This document shows, one piece after another, positions 1 to 10,700 of a DNA stretch of 64,000 bases. Positions within the stretch are counted from its first letter, which is position 1. Every line of letters begins with the position of its first letter. Both the position numbers and the translations under genes were made by a program. Under the pieces are notes generated by a model. It saw nothing but the letters and a program-made list of their open reading frames with translations, had not been told where the DNA came from and did no database searches. The stretch covers positions 21,584 to 85,583 of the forward strand of contig VRVR01000036.1 of the NCBI GenBank assembly GCA_009859145.1. Reading direction: 5' to 3'. The DNA comes from Andalucia godoyi And28. Lineage: Eukaryota > Protista > Jakobida.

Positions 1-3
1 AAG

Positions 4-75
4 GAAGGAAAGGAAGGAAAAAAAAGAAGGAAAGGAAGGAAAAAAAGAAGGAAAGGAAGGAAAAAAAAGAAGGAA
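4..75. repeat. Purine-only tandem repeat, unit about GAAGGAAAGGAAGGAAAAAAA(A), 21-22 bp x3
   Basis: Read directly at the window start. Confidence 0.85.
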
Positions 76-862
76 GGACGGAAAAGAGAAAGATAACGCA
101 CTTTTATATCGGTTCTCAAAACCTTCTCGTTGGTGCATTGTGAATGCTACTGGACAGGTTGTATTTTAGGCGTCATTGTGTGTGGAGGCAGTTGCGGCGT
201 GAAGAGACCTATCGATCTTCCTTCTGGTCCCACGAACAGAACAGCATCAGAAGTGCACCGCTGCGTGGGAGCACTTGCGCGCTGCTGAATGTGTCTGCTT
301 CCACGAGGGCGGTGCTCCCGATATCAGAAACTAGTTGCGCACCGTCTGCTTATACACCACTAGTTTTTGTGGTTGTTTTTTTGTGCAAAACCTGCCACAT
401 TAAAAATAGTGGCTGGGAGCGTGTCTGCTGTGACAGAGGATCTCGAGTTCCCGAAACGCCCAAAAAGGAAAAGAAATTGCCGATTTGGTCTTGAAATGGA
501 CACGTTAGGAAAGTGATCGTTCCAGAGAGGTGCCGACCAAAACAGAGGTTTTATTGTGCACAAATGCATTCGGTAAGAATCACGTTTGACTTGCCGGCAA
601 TGGTGAAATTATGAACGAGCGACGTGCAGCGTCGGCCCATCGCGGGAGGTATCCGAAATTAACAACGGCGGCCTTTGTGTTCGGAAACATTTCCAAACAT
701 GCGGTGTTCAGAGTATGTCAAAAAGCAGCCGCCCCACATGTATGACCGTCCGTTCATAAAATACAAGAATTCACATGTCGAATCGGTGGGCGAAGACTTG
801 CTAGCATCCTGCCGAAAAAAACGTGCAGAAAGAGTAGCTGGACGTAGGCAGACCATCGACAT

Positions 863-1501
863 TTGAACGGGGATGGCGACAGTTTGGAAACCGTTCTTGG
901 AAACAGATCTCGAGAACCATGCATTACATGCGAACTCTACTCAAATAAAACCCAACCTCCAGGGTATTCTGAACTTCTCCACAGCTGCACGTGTGTTCAT
1001 TTTTTCAATGATACTTTCGCCGGACCAGATGGTTCGTCCCCGCTACAAACGGATGGATGCGATTTCGTGGATCCCTACACGGGCCTCGCAAGCTTTGGAG
1101 ACTTCGTGGTCAACGTGACATCAAACACATGGTTTATTCCATCCAGTCCAATTGCATATACATGCGCCCGCGCATCTGTTGCGCGACAAACAACGTCCAC
1201 ATTGTACGTCGACTACATTGCGGGAGGGCAGCTGAGCACGAGGCAGTATTTCATCCACACCTACACGTCATCGAATGGCGGGCGGCCTCGACGAGGCCTG
1301 GGAGTCGTTCTTGCGGAGCGGAAACCGAATCTGTACGGGCGGGCCTCCGAGGAAACCCCCGCGGGATTCATCTACGAGGCACTGCTTTCCAATGCGCACT
1401 TTACGGATCCCGGCGACAGCGCCTCGTTTGCAGCCCCAGTTGCTCTGTCTCAGATGACAGGCCTTGTAATTGCATCGACTCTCGCTGTCTCTCTAGCATA
1501 G
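863..1501 (+). CDS. Possible 3' part of a secreted or GPI-anchored protein; 5' end unresolved
   Basis: 212-codon open frame with protein-like composition, several Cys and N-x-S/T sites, and a hydrophobic C-terminal tail (MTGLVIASTLAVSLA). No in-frame ATG or signal peptide at the start. Confidence 0.35.
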   Translation: MNGDGDSLETVLGNRSREPCITCELYSNKTQPPGYSELLHSCTCVHFFNDTFAGPDGSSPLQTDGCDFVDPYTGLASFGDFVVNVTSNTWFIPSSPIAYTCARASVARQTTSTLYVDYIAGGQLSTRQYFIHTYTSSNGGRPRRGLGVVLAERKPNLYGRASEETPAGFIYEALLSNAHFTDPGDSASFAAPVALSQMTGLVIASTLAVSLA

Positions 1502-2580
1502 CGCTCGTATGGACGACCAGCAACAACAGAACAATGCAGATAAACAATGCAGGTTTTTTTGTGTGAAATTTTGACATATCCAGCTAAACCCTGAAAGTGG
1601 CTGGTGATCATCGTTACCATCGTGATTCAACATGCCTCCCCCCTCTCTCTGTGCAAAAGGTCGCCGATTTGTAGTTCGCAGCGACTGCATGCCCTTGAAT
1701 ATATTTGATCACACGACTGTCTTCTCTCTCTCATACGGAGATTGTGTGCTGTGCTTTTTTGCATGAACGAAGGTATCGAGTGGCATACGGGCGAGCTTCA
1801 ACACGATCCAGCGAACGGTTGTTTGCACGAACGGCAACAAGCAAGGGCCTGGACAAGTCGTATGGATAGGCCGAATAGCCTTCCGGCAGATAAACGTCAC
1901 CTTGCCAGAAAACTCCCCACGCCGACCAAGGCAAGCGGATACGAGACTCAGCGATACCTAAAAGGGATTCTCTCAGCGAAAAGCGGAAAGCGAACGTCGA
2001 ACAAAGGTAATAGTGATCCCATCTGAATACAACACCTTTGCACCGTGTCACACTGGTCACGATTTCCGTTTTTTGTTACGCCTTCCACTCTTTTGACATC
2101 CTCGCGAAGTTCAGCATGCTGTCTTTTGCCCCCAGGTGCGAGATTCGCGCAGGCAACCGTCTCACAAAGCAAATTCCATAGTACTTGCAGAATAACATTT
2201 TCCCGGTACCCCGGCGGATGCCTCACAGCGATCCGAATATCTGCATGCTTTTGAAAAACTCTCGGATCTTCAAAGGGTGAGAGATATACTTTTCATGCAT
2301 CCACTTGTCTACACTGACAGACACATACCCTAAAAGAAGAGAGTTTGTAAGTGCATGCTCCGCTGTTGAGCACATACACGGCGGATCCCCGTGATGCAGC
2401 CGGAATGAATTCCCGCAAAAACTGAAAAGAGGACGATCCAAACCCGATTTGTCATCTGGCGTACAAAAGCGACCTGTCTGCGGCTTGTCGTAGCAACAAC
2501 GAAGAATTCACAGAAGGCGGCTGGGGAAAAAAGTCATGCGTGCCACCTAGTCCAACCAGTGACATTTAATACGTGGAGTT

Positions 2581-2614
2581 TGGGGGGTGGGGGTGGGGGT
2601 GGGGGTGAGGGGGT
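2581..2614 (+). other. G-rich tract (GGGGGT)n, potential G-quadruplex
   Basis: At least four runs of 5-6 G separated by single T, then GAGGGGG. Confidence 0.6.
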
Positions 2615-2645
2615 GCTGTTGGTCTCTTCTGGTTTTGATATTGCA

Positions 2646-3105
2646 GAACTGTTCGCATACCCCATAACTGTACAACTTCCATTGCTTGTTGCTGCTGCGA
2701 TCCTCTGCGACAAAAACGACGGAGACAAAGTACTTCTCGTGAATCGTGCTCGCGCAACCTTCTGCGAGAGCCGGGCACTGGTTGGCGGCTGTGGCGCCTT
2801 CGACAAAATTGTGAACCCCGAGGAAGCCGTGGTCAGTGAAATAGAAGGCGATTTAGAAGTGGCGTCCATCCAACTTCGGTTCTTTCACTACTACTTTTGC
2901 AAACCAAAGACTGTTGTGCTCGCTTTTTCTGGACAGTTGGAGCATGAATGGTCCATTCGGCATGACCCGCAGTACGTTTCTGCATGACCCGCAGTACGTT
3001 TCTGCATGGAAATGGTTCGATGTGTGTGACGCTCGACAGCGGACCGTAAACAAACCGCGCGCGGCATTTCTCTCTGCGAACAAGAAAAAGATGCTGCACC
3101 TTTGA
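2646..3105 (+). pseudogene. Nudix-hydrolase-like gene frameshifted by a 22-bp tandem duplication
   Basis: VAAAILCDKNDGDKVLLVNRAR...ALVGG...PEEAVVSEIEGDLEV matches the Nudix strand plus a degenerate Nudix box. The frame stops at HDPQYVSA*; the shifted frame continues HDPQYVSAWKWFDV, a typical Nudix C-terminal WF motif. Confidence 0.65.
2961..3004. repeat. Exact 22-bp tandem duplication CATGACCCGCAGTACGTTTCTG x2
   Basis: Copies at 2961-2982 and 2983-3004, followed by CATG. Confidence 0.95.
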
Positions 3106-3702
3106 ACAGGAGTATTGAGTGAGAACACCAAAACTCGAGTGTTTTTCTTACAAAGGCACGTGATTTGTGACGACGAAACAGTGTTCGTGTTTCACGCATC
3201 TCTGTCCTGCCTGTTGAACCCTTGAAAAAAGATCTCCCCTCCACTTCTTGTTCCAAAAACCCAAAGGAGCGAGCATTTTGAAAGTTCGGGGATCTTCCGT
3301 GGGGACAGCAGCAACAGTGTCGTTCAGTGGATTGACATCTGGTGTGTCGGCTGCTTCCAGAATAACAGAGTGTACACAAAAAGATGCGTCGAAAACAAAG
3401 CGCGCGTAAATCATTTGGCAACATTTCAATGGAGTCGGGCTTTCGTTTCCGCTGAACAATTGGAATCAAACCTGTTCTGCTTTCCTTGCTGCACGTCGTT
3501 TCCCATCATTTCGCTCCATTCCTGGACCATTTACCATCATCATCCTTTGGAAAGTTTATCTGCATTAAATAAAAAAAGGCGAGTCAAATCGCACCATATT
3601 TATAGCGACTAGTATTCCCGGTTTCATTGTTTTCCCCTGGGACAAATGTGATCCCGTTCGCTTAGCTATGACCTGCAAGAATTTCTTTTGTTTTCTCGTC
3701 AA

Positions 3703-6700
3703 ATGATTCCGTTTCCGAGATTCGCTCTTTCCCTCTTGTTGTTGCTTTCTTCATCGCCACTCTTTTTGACAAGCTGCACGCCGACTGATGTTGTTTTCAA
3801 TGGCAGAATAGGACTCCTTGATCGAACGGCCGTGGAACATATTTCTCGAGACGTATTTGGACATTCGCTCGAATCCGTGGATGCAGCAAATTTTCTTCTG
3901 CAGTCGACCATTGGAAATGCAACCTGGTGGTCCGAACTAGAGCCGCGCTTCCCGCCAGCAGTGCTTTCAATGATGAAGGATAGCGTTATTGGTTTTGCAG
4001 GAGGATTAGTGCGCCAGTTCCAGCAATATTCAGTTGGGGAGTCAAAAATGTCTGATCTTCACGCAGCAATTTTGAAAACTGCACTTCCGTCGGAGGGCTC
4101 AGTTTACTCCGCTTCTGACAGTCCTGCCGTGCACACCTTTCCACGGCATGACCACTCTCGTGAACGAATTACCGCTGCCAAAGAGCAAAATTCAATGAAT
4201 CGATATGAATTGGATCATTTGCATTACCGTCTTCCCACGGAAAAACTGGTCATCCACAAATCCTTGGCCGTGAAAGATGCGTCCAGTGCGCCGCCACCGC
4301 ATTCTCTCAATAGTGTGTCCCATGCACCAGATTGCACGGTGCTTGCTGATGTGTATATGAGCACTGACGGTCCCAACTGGCAGCCGATCAATTGGGGCCC
4401 GACGCTTCCCTTGAATTTCTCGGTTGCGTGCTGCTCGCCGCCGCTTGGCGGATACGTCTGCGATGCGGATACGGGACGAGTTATTTCCTTGAATTTAAAT
4501 ACGAATCAGCTAAGTGGACCGCTCCCAGCGTCGCTGGGCAATCTTTCGGAGCTCCAGTCTTTACTCTTGTACTTTAATTCTCTGAATGGATCGATTCCAG
4601 ATTCTCTGGGTGGTTTGCTACAACTTCAGTACTTGTATCTGGATTTCAACCAGCTGACGGGACCGATTCCGGCGTCATTGGGTAATCTGTCGAGGCTTCT
4701 GCATTTAGTGTTGTCTGTCAACCAATTGACTGGATCGATTCCAGATTCGGTGGGCAGTCTGTCGCGTCTTCAGTTTTTGTGGATGGCTTCCAACCAATTA
4801 ACGGGACCGATTCCGGACTCTTTTGGAAGTCTTTTGAGCCTTCAGAAATTACTGCTCTATTCGAATCAACTCAACGGATCGATTCCGGCATCATTAGGAA
4901 GTCTGTCGCAGCTCCAGACCTTGGCATTGTATTCCAACCAGCTGGATGGATCAATTCCAGAGTCGTTGGGTAGCATGCCCCTTCTTGAGTTGCTCTTCAT
5001 GAACGACAACCATCTTTCTGGTCAGTTGAGTTGTGCATCGCTGGGTCCGCATTTGCAAACGTTGGATTTGCAGAGAAATGCACTTGTGGGCCCCATTCCA
5101 TCTTGCTTTTGTAATCAAGTTCAGCTAACGTTTGTTTACTTGGGAAACAACAACTTCACTTCGTTTCCGAACTGTTCGCTACCAGTACTCTTTCATATGG
5201 ATCTTTCCAGCAACCTCATTTCCTCTTTTCCGTTTTCGATGATCCCTGGGTTCTCATCGCTGATGTCACTGGACCTCAGCTTCAATGCCTTGTCAGGAGC
5301 ATTCCCTTTGGACGTCTTCATCACAGCTTCGTCACTTCGCTCTCTCTCTCTTGCATATAATCAATACAAAGACGTGTTCCCCGTGTATGCGTGTAATTTC
5401 CGTCCGGCGATGGACCCTCCTGTTACCGTTAGAACAAATTTGGAGACACTAGATCTTTCCGGAAATGAAATTACCGGTATTCCTGGAGTTGTTGATTACA
5501 ACAACAGCGAATGTAATTTCTGTTCTACATCCGCTTATTATTCGCTAACGTCCTTGCACATGAAGGACACGAAGCTTCCGCCTTTATTTCCTTCATTTGA
5601 TGCAGTTACTCGCGGAAACGCTTCTTGTTCAACGCCCCCGCTCTCATTTTTTGATGTTTTACAGTTTCTCACGGGTCTCGTCTCTTTAGATGTTTCCGCA
5701 AACAATCTTTCCGTGGGGCTTGATGTCGTCCTTTCACTCCCACTGCTCTCGTCTTTTGACATTCTTGACAATTCGAAAGCACGGAAGTCGCTTCTTTCAT
5801 ATACAAATCAGCAGAGATTTTCGTTCGACCCGAGTACAAGCTATCCTTTGAGCACAAATATGTCGTGCGTGCAAGCTGCAGTTGGCCGACTTTCATTTCA
5901 AGCTGATCCTGCTTTTTTTGACTACAAGAACTGTGTCTGTCGACCTGGATTCTTTGGAAAGCCTCCAACTTGCTCACCGTGCTTGTCCAATGCCGACTGT
6001 TCTTTCCGAAGTGAAGCAAATATTCCGTTTGGAAACATTTCTCTTGCTTTCAGAGAAAGTGGAAATGTAATTGCCCAAATTGGATACTATGCATCCCCAT
6101 CAGTAACGTTTGCAGAAATGATGAACAATGAGTCATACCCCAAAGCAATGGAGGTATGTTCACACGCCGGAACGGATTTAACAGCTTGCGATGCGCGGCA
6201 GACAGGACCGTGCAAAGCGGGATACAAAGGAAGACTGTGTTCCGCTTGTTCCTCGGGGTTTTTTCGCACCGGCGATCGATGTATTGAATGTCCGCAGGCG
6301 GCTGGACTTGTGTTGTTTGCCATTTTTGTCGTTCTTGCTGCCGTCGGTCTGGTCTTGTGGTCGTTCTTTGTGGGCTCCTCTTCCTCGGGATTGGTGAAGA
6401 TGCTTTTGTTTTTTTGGCAAGCACTGTACTTCATTCGAACCCCCATGTCCAATGGACTGTACAGTGTCACGCATGGGACGTCGTCCATGATCATCCTGTC
6501 GCTCGCTGGTCCAGAATGTTTTTTTCGAAACTGGGACTATACGTCAAATTATGTTCTCTCTGTTACGGCTCCGTTGATTTCGGTAGTCCTTGTTGTACTG
6601 GTGTGGCGAGTTGGACAGTTCCGATTCCGAACATCTGCTCATCGTTTTCGGAGAGCATGGTCAGATCGCTGTCGTCGATCATGCATATTCTTGTTTCTGC

Positions 6701-7395
6701 TCCTATTCATGTCTGCCGTTTCCGCCATTCTTGCATCATTGTCCTGCACAACGGATGCAGGAGATGGAAAATCATATCTCGTGTTTTACCCAAACGAAGA
6801 ATGTTCTTCGATACTGCAAGCGGTGTCTTCGATTCTTCTCGTGTTTTATGTGTTGGTGATTCCGGGTGGGCTGTCTTTCGTCATCTGGCGCAGTGGTGTT
6901 TTGTCCAAGAATGCGAAGCCACATACACGAAGGATGCATGTTTACTCGTTGTTGTTCGGTTCGTACCGACCTAACAGAAGATGGTGGGAAATTGTTGTAA
7001 CGATTCGTCGAGTATTGTTCGTGGTTGCGTATGTCACGATTCCTCCGCTTTCAGAGTACCGCACCATGTTGGTTGCAATTGTTCTGGTAGCCGCCGCAGG
7101 TGCTCAAGCAATAGCTACTCCCTATCACCGTGGTGTCGAAAACCCGGTTGAAATCATTTCGCTTGGAATCCTTCTCGTCAACCTCGTTTGCTTTGTGCAA
7201 TCTCAAGTTCTGGCTGTACAAGGCGTCGACGGGGCAGGAGCGTTCGTGTTTGCTATGAATGTTTCGTTTTCTGTCGTCTTGATTGGGATGCTGCTTTCGC
7301 ACGTCCGACGACATTGGCGAACTTCTACTAAACCTGGTGATCCGTTAGAAACTCTAGCAGAAGGCTTATTAATGGAAGAGAATGAAGATTTTTAG
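3703..7395 (+). CDS. Membrane protein: signal peptide, plant-type LRR ectodomain, Cys-rich region, about 9-10 TM segments
   Basis: Hydrophobic N-terminus; LRRNT-like cap; 24-aa repeats LxxLxLxxNxLxGxIPxSLGxL; CVCRPGFFG and CKAGYKGRLCSACSSG; polytopic C-terminus with YRPNRRWWEIVVTIRRVLF. First in-frame ATG at 3703. Confidence 0.9.
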   Translation: MIPFPRFALSLLLLLSSSPLFLTSCTPTDVVFNGRIGLLDRTAVEHISRDVFGHSLESVDAANFLLQSTIGNATWWSELEPRFPPAVLSMMKDSVIGFAGGLVRQFQQYSVGESKMSDLHAAILKTALPSEGSVYSASDSPAVHTFPRHDHSRERITAAKEQNSMNRYELDHLHYRLPTEKLVIHKSLAVKDASSAPPPHSLNSVSHAPDCTVLADVYMSTDGPNWQPINWGPTLPLNFSVACCSPPLGGYVCDADTGRVISLNLNTNQLSGPLPASLGNLSELQSLLLYFNSLNGSIPDSLGGLLQLQYLYLDFNQLTGPIPASLGNLSRLLHLVLSVNQLTGSIPDSVGSLSRLQFLWMASNQLTGPIPDSFGSLLSLQKLLLYSNQLNGSIPASLGSLSQLQTLALYSNQLDGSIPESLGSMPLLELLFMNDNHLSGQLSCASLGPHLQTLDLQRNALVGPIPSCFCNQVQLTFVYLGNNNFTSFPNCSLPVLFHMDLSSNLISSFPFSMIPGFSSLMSLDLSFNALSGAFPLDVFITASSLRSLSLAYNQYKDVFPVYACNFRPAMDPPVTVRTNLETLDLSGNEITGIPGVVDYNNSECNFCSTSAYYSLTSLHMKDTKLPPLFPSFDAVTRGNASCSTPPLSFFDVLQFLTGLVSLDVSANNLSVGLDVVLSLPLLSSFDILDNSKARKSLLSYTNQQRFSFDPSTSYPLSTNMSCVQAAVGRLSFQADPAFFDYKNCVCRPGFFGKPPTCSPCLSNADCSFRSEANIPFGNISLAFRESGNVIAQIGYYASPSVTFAEMMNNESYPKAMEVCSHAGTDLTACDARQTGPCKAGYKGRLCSACSSGFFRTGDRCIECPQAAGLVLFAIFVVLAAVGLVLWSFFVGSSSSGLVKMLLFFWQALYFIRTPMSNGLYSVTHGTSSMIILSLAGPECFFRNWDYTSNYVLSVTAPLISVVLVVLVWRVGQFRFRTSAHRFRRAWSDRCRRSCIFLFLLLFMSAVSAILASLSCTTDAGDGKSYLVFYPNEECSSILQAVSSILLVFYVLVIPGGLSFVIWRSGVLSKNAKPHTRRMHVYSLLFGSYRPNRRWWEIVVTIRRVLFVVAYVTIPPLSEYRTMLVAIVLVAAAGAQAIATPYHRGVENPVEIISLGILLVNLVCFVQSQVLAVQGVDGAGAFVFAMNVSFSVVLIGMLLSHVRRHWRTSTKPGDPLETLAEGLLMEENEDF

Positions 7396-7765
7396 TGAAT
7401 CCAGAGTGGGTCGGTTCTACTCACTCCATACGGTGTATCACACCATCGAACAGCATATGTTTGCTCCCGTCATCGGAAATATAGCCGCACAGTGATAATG
7501 GGAATGCCTCAGTGAAAATTGTTATGCGCAAAAGACAAAACCCCGTGAATGAAAATTTGGTTAGGGTCAGAGGCGGGAAACGATCCCACTCGAACATCAC
7601 AAGAATCAATTAAGAGACTGCAAAGAATGCCACGAATCCACCGAGTCAAAGGGAGAGTTTAAAAGATGGTTTGCATCCAACAAAGATGTAGTGAATTGCT
7701 GGAGCGTCACACTTCAATCGTAGGACCCAACGTAATCAGCGGTAAAAATTCGAGCGGATTTACCA

Positions 7766-10700
7766 TCACAAGTCGCACAACGGGTTGCCAGTAATTGCGC
7801 GTGGGCTCTCTGAGAAATCGCTAAAAACAATTCTAGCATCTTCTAACCGCGAGCGAATAACACCAGCGACGATCTCCACGAACGGGTGCTTATTCATGGA
7901 GATGTGGTCTCCCTCAACCTCGATGACCTCCAAGCCGTTCTCAAAATATGGTGTCCAGGCCTCGAATGGGCGCAGTGCATCCATTGAGCGACGCACTTTC
8001 GCAAATATGAATGTTCCGCGCCCCCCATAGTTCTGCGGAATATACGAAAACATCGCATCCACGTTCGAAACGAAACAATCAATGTACTTTCCGAAGATTT
8101 CCGAGGAAACGTTAAGAGGAAATTCTCCACGTGATTGCCCTGCTCGAAGGATTGCTGCTTTCCTTTCTTCCTTCGACATGCTTTGCAGTCTTTCTTCGCC
8201 GATTCCAGTCGCCTCTCCCCACAGGTAACTCAACACTTCAACATCATTTGTAATGCGATCTGGCATCTGATGTCCGCCAGGCGTATCAATCATGATTAAG
8301 GAGGAAACAGACTGTGCGCCAATCATGCAGGCCATTTCAAAACACAACATTCCTCCGAAGGACGAACCTGCAAGGTGATAAGGGCCCGAGTAGCCTGCGT
8401 CTGATGCTTCCTTCAAATACCTTTCGCACATTCCCCTGACACAAACGTCAAATTTTGCAGAAGTGCCAGCGAGGCCAAAGGATTCGAAAGAAACGACTGT
8501 CCGTTCGGGTCCAAGAGCGGATACAAGAGGAACGTAGAACGCAGTCGTTCCTCCAACGGGGTGGAGTAAGAAGAGTGGAGACAGTTCTTGATTTGTCCCT
8601 AGTTGCATAACGATTAGTGACTTTGGCTCCAGAGTATGAACAGGGGAGACAAAGTACAATCCTGACAAGACCTTCACTGCGAGTTTTCTTGCTGTCGAGT
8701 TTTGCACAATCGCACTGATTGGAAGGCGTACTCCATAGGATTGCCGAACTTCTTCGAGAATCTGTAACGCACGAAATGAATCCCCTCCAGATCTGAAAAA
8801 ATCTGCAGAGTCATCCACTGCTGTAGTAGTGTATTTCTTGAATATCCCAAGGATACGACTCGTGATGCTGGAGAGGGAAATGTCGACGGACTCCCTTTCG
8901 GAAGCATTGGCAACAACCGTCGAGCATTTTGACTGGACATTGTTCCATGCCACGTTTTCTGATGCCAGCGAATCTTCTGGACGCATGTTCGCGGAAATGA
9001 TTACATGTCTCGGCACATCATTGTAGTGTACGATGACGTATGCCAGCGCATGCACAAACTCTGTTCCTCGCAGCATCTGGTGAGTACCATGCACGCTGCT
9101 GGTTCCACCATTAAGATCTCGGTCTGTTTCAACTCCTCCGATGAAGCAAACAACAGAATCACGACCGGTCACAGAACTAGCCACAGCTGCAGTCCCGACG
9201 CTGTAAGGACAAAATCCAACTCCGCCTAGGACTGCAGACATCGAAGACGCCACGACGACTTTTTCGAACGCAAAATGGCGAACCAAAGACCCCAGACAAG
9301 GAACTCGAGACTGGATACTCTGCTGTGTATCGTCTATCGATACTTCACGGACAGGAATGCGCGAAACGAGGCCTGAAAAGTACAGCAGCGTGACTGGACT
9401 CTGAGATGGCAACTGCGACAGAAGACCTCGAATTTCCTCCGCATTCTTCATGTCCAGAGTGACTACATTCACAATGAATCCTTTCGCGACAGTCTCACAC
9501 AAGACACGAAACAGCCGGCGGCGCCAAACCGGAAGCATGGTATCGGATGACAGACAGAGCCACTGCGATGCATGAGGAAAAGGTGAACGAGTCGTGATGA
9601 AGAGAGTCGACACGCATGTCGCCGCTGCAGTGCAAGCTTCAATGACAAAAGAACCGAGGCGGCCGGTGCATCCCACTAGCAGCCAATCTTCGTTGCTGCT
9701 CTGATTGTTGTTGGTGATGGAGCTGGCGGTATCCACAACAGGAAGTGTGACTTTTGGTGGAGACGCTGTGAGACGGAGTGATGATGCGGGAAGCTGAGAC
9801 AGTCGGGACAGTACACGGTACCTTAACGCTGAACCGGCGAATAGCATCTCCCGACACGCCTGCGGAGCAGCTTCGGAAAATAGCGCTTCCGGAAATGGAG
9901 GAAGTAGCAGGGACTGGGCAAACGACGCTTCCATGGAATGTACAACGCACCATGGATGGCCGAGCTCCTGGCAAGCACAACGGAAAAAACACGAGACAGC
10001 AAACTCCCTCCATCGAGAATCATCAGAGAACCCAGCATCGTGACTAAGGTGGCGGGAGTCTCCGAATACCCCACGCCCAAAACATGCATATATCGTAACA
10101 TCCCATTTGCAACGCAAGAGAACATCCTTCAGCACATCACACACACAAGCCACGTCCTTGAAATCCGCTCTGGACTGATTCTCAAACGATAGACTGAAGA
10201 CAATTTCTACTTTTGATGAACACGCCGCGGTCGAAACGTAGGTCACCAGATTGGCACCCTTTTCAGGAGGTAATATCCATGGAGACGACAATGGGAATAT
10301 AGCTTCCTTGCATAGTCCGGTGGGAGAACAAACGACGACGCCTCCAGGCATATGTTGCTGTCCTGCTTGCTCCAGCCGTTCGGAAAGGCAATCCATGTCG
10401 GTGAATACAACAGTCAGTCGAAACATCGCACGACGACGACCATCACCAGTCACAGCGTGCTCTGGATAGTGTACACTATACAAGCACAGGGAGGGGTCGA
10501 CATCATCAGCACGTCGACTGCAGCCATGAAAGACCATCCGCCTGATCGGCATCTTAGTAGAAGTGGGTTTGAAAGCACCAAATCCCAAGTAATCATTCAG
10601 AAAATGGCTCCATTCCACTTGTGCTCCCCCTACCCATGCACTGCTCAGGAGACGAATAAAGGAATCAAGAGTGCACGGTTCGGAAGGCAGCTCCATGGCA

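Noticed and set aside
1-80. Opening 21-22-bp repeat as a CRISPR array or telomere
   Set aside because: No spacers, purine-only low complexity and no TTAGGG-like unit.
4500-5000. 72-bp periodic DNA repeats
   Set aside because: Fully explained by the 24-aa LRR coding units.
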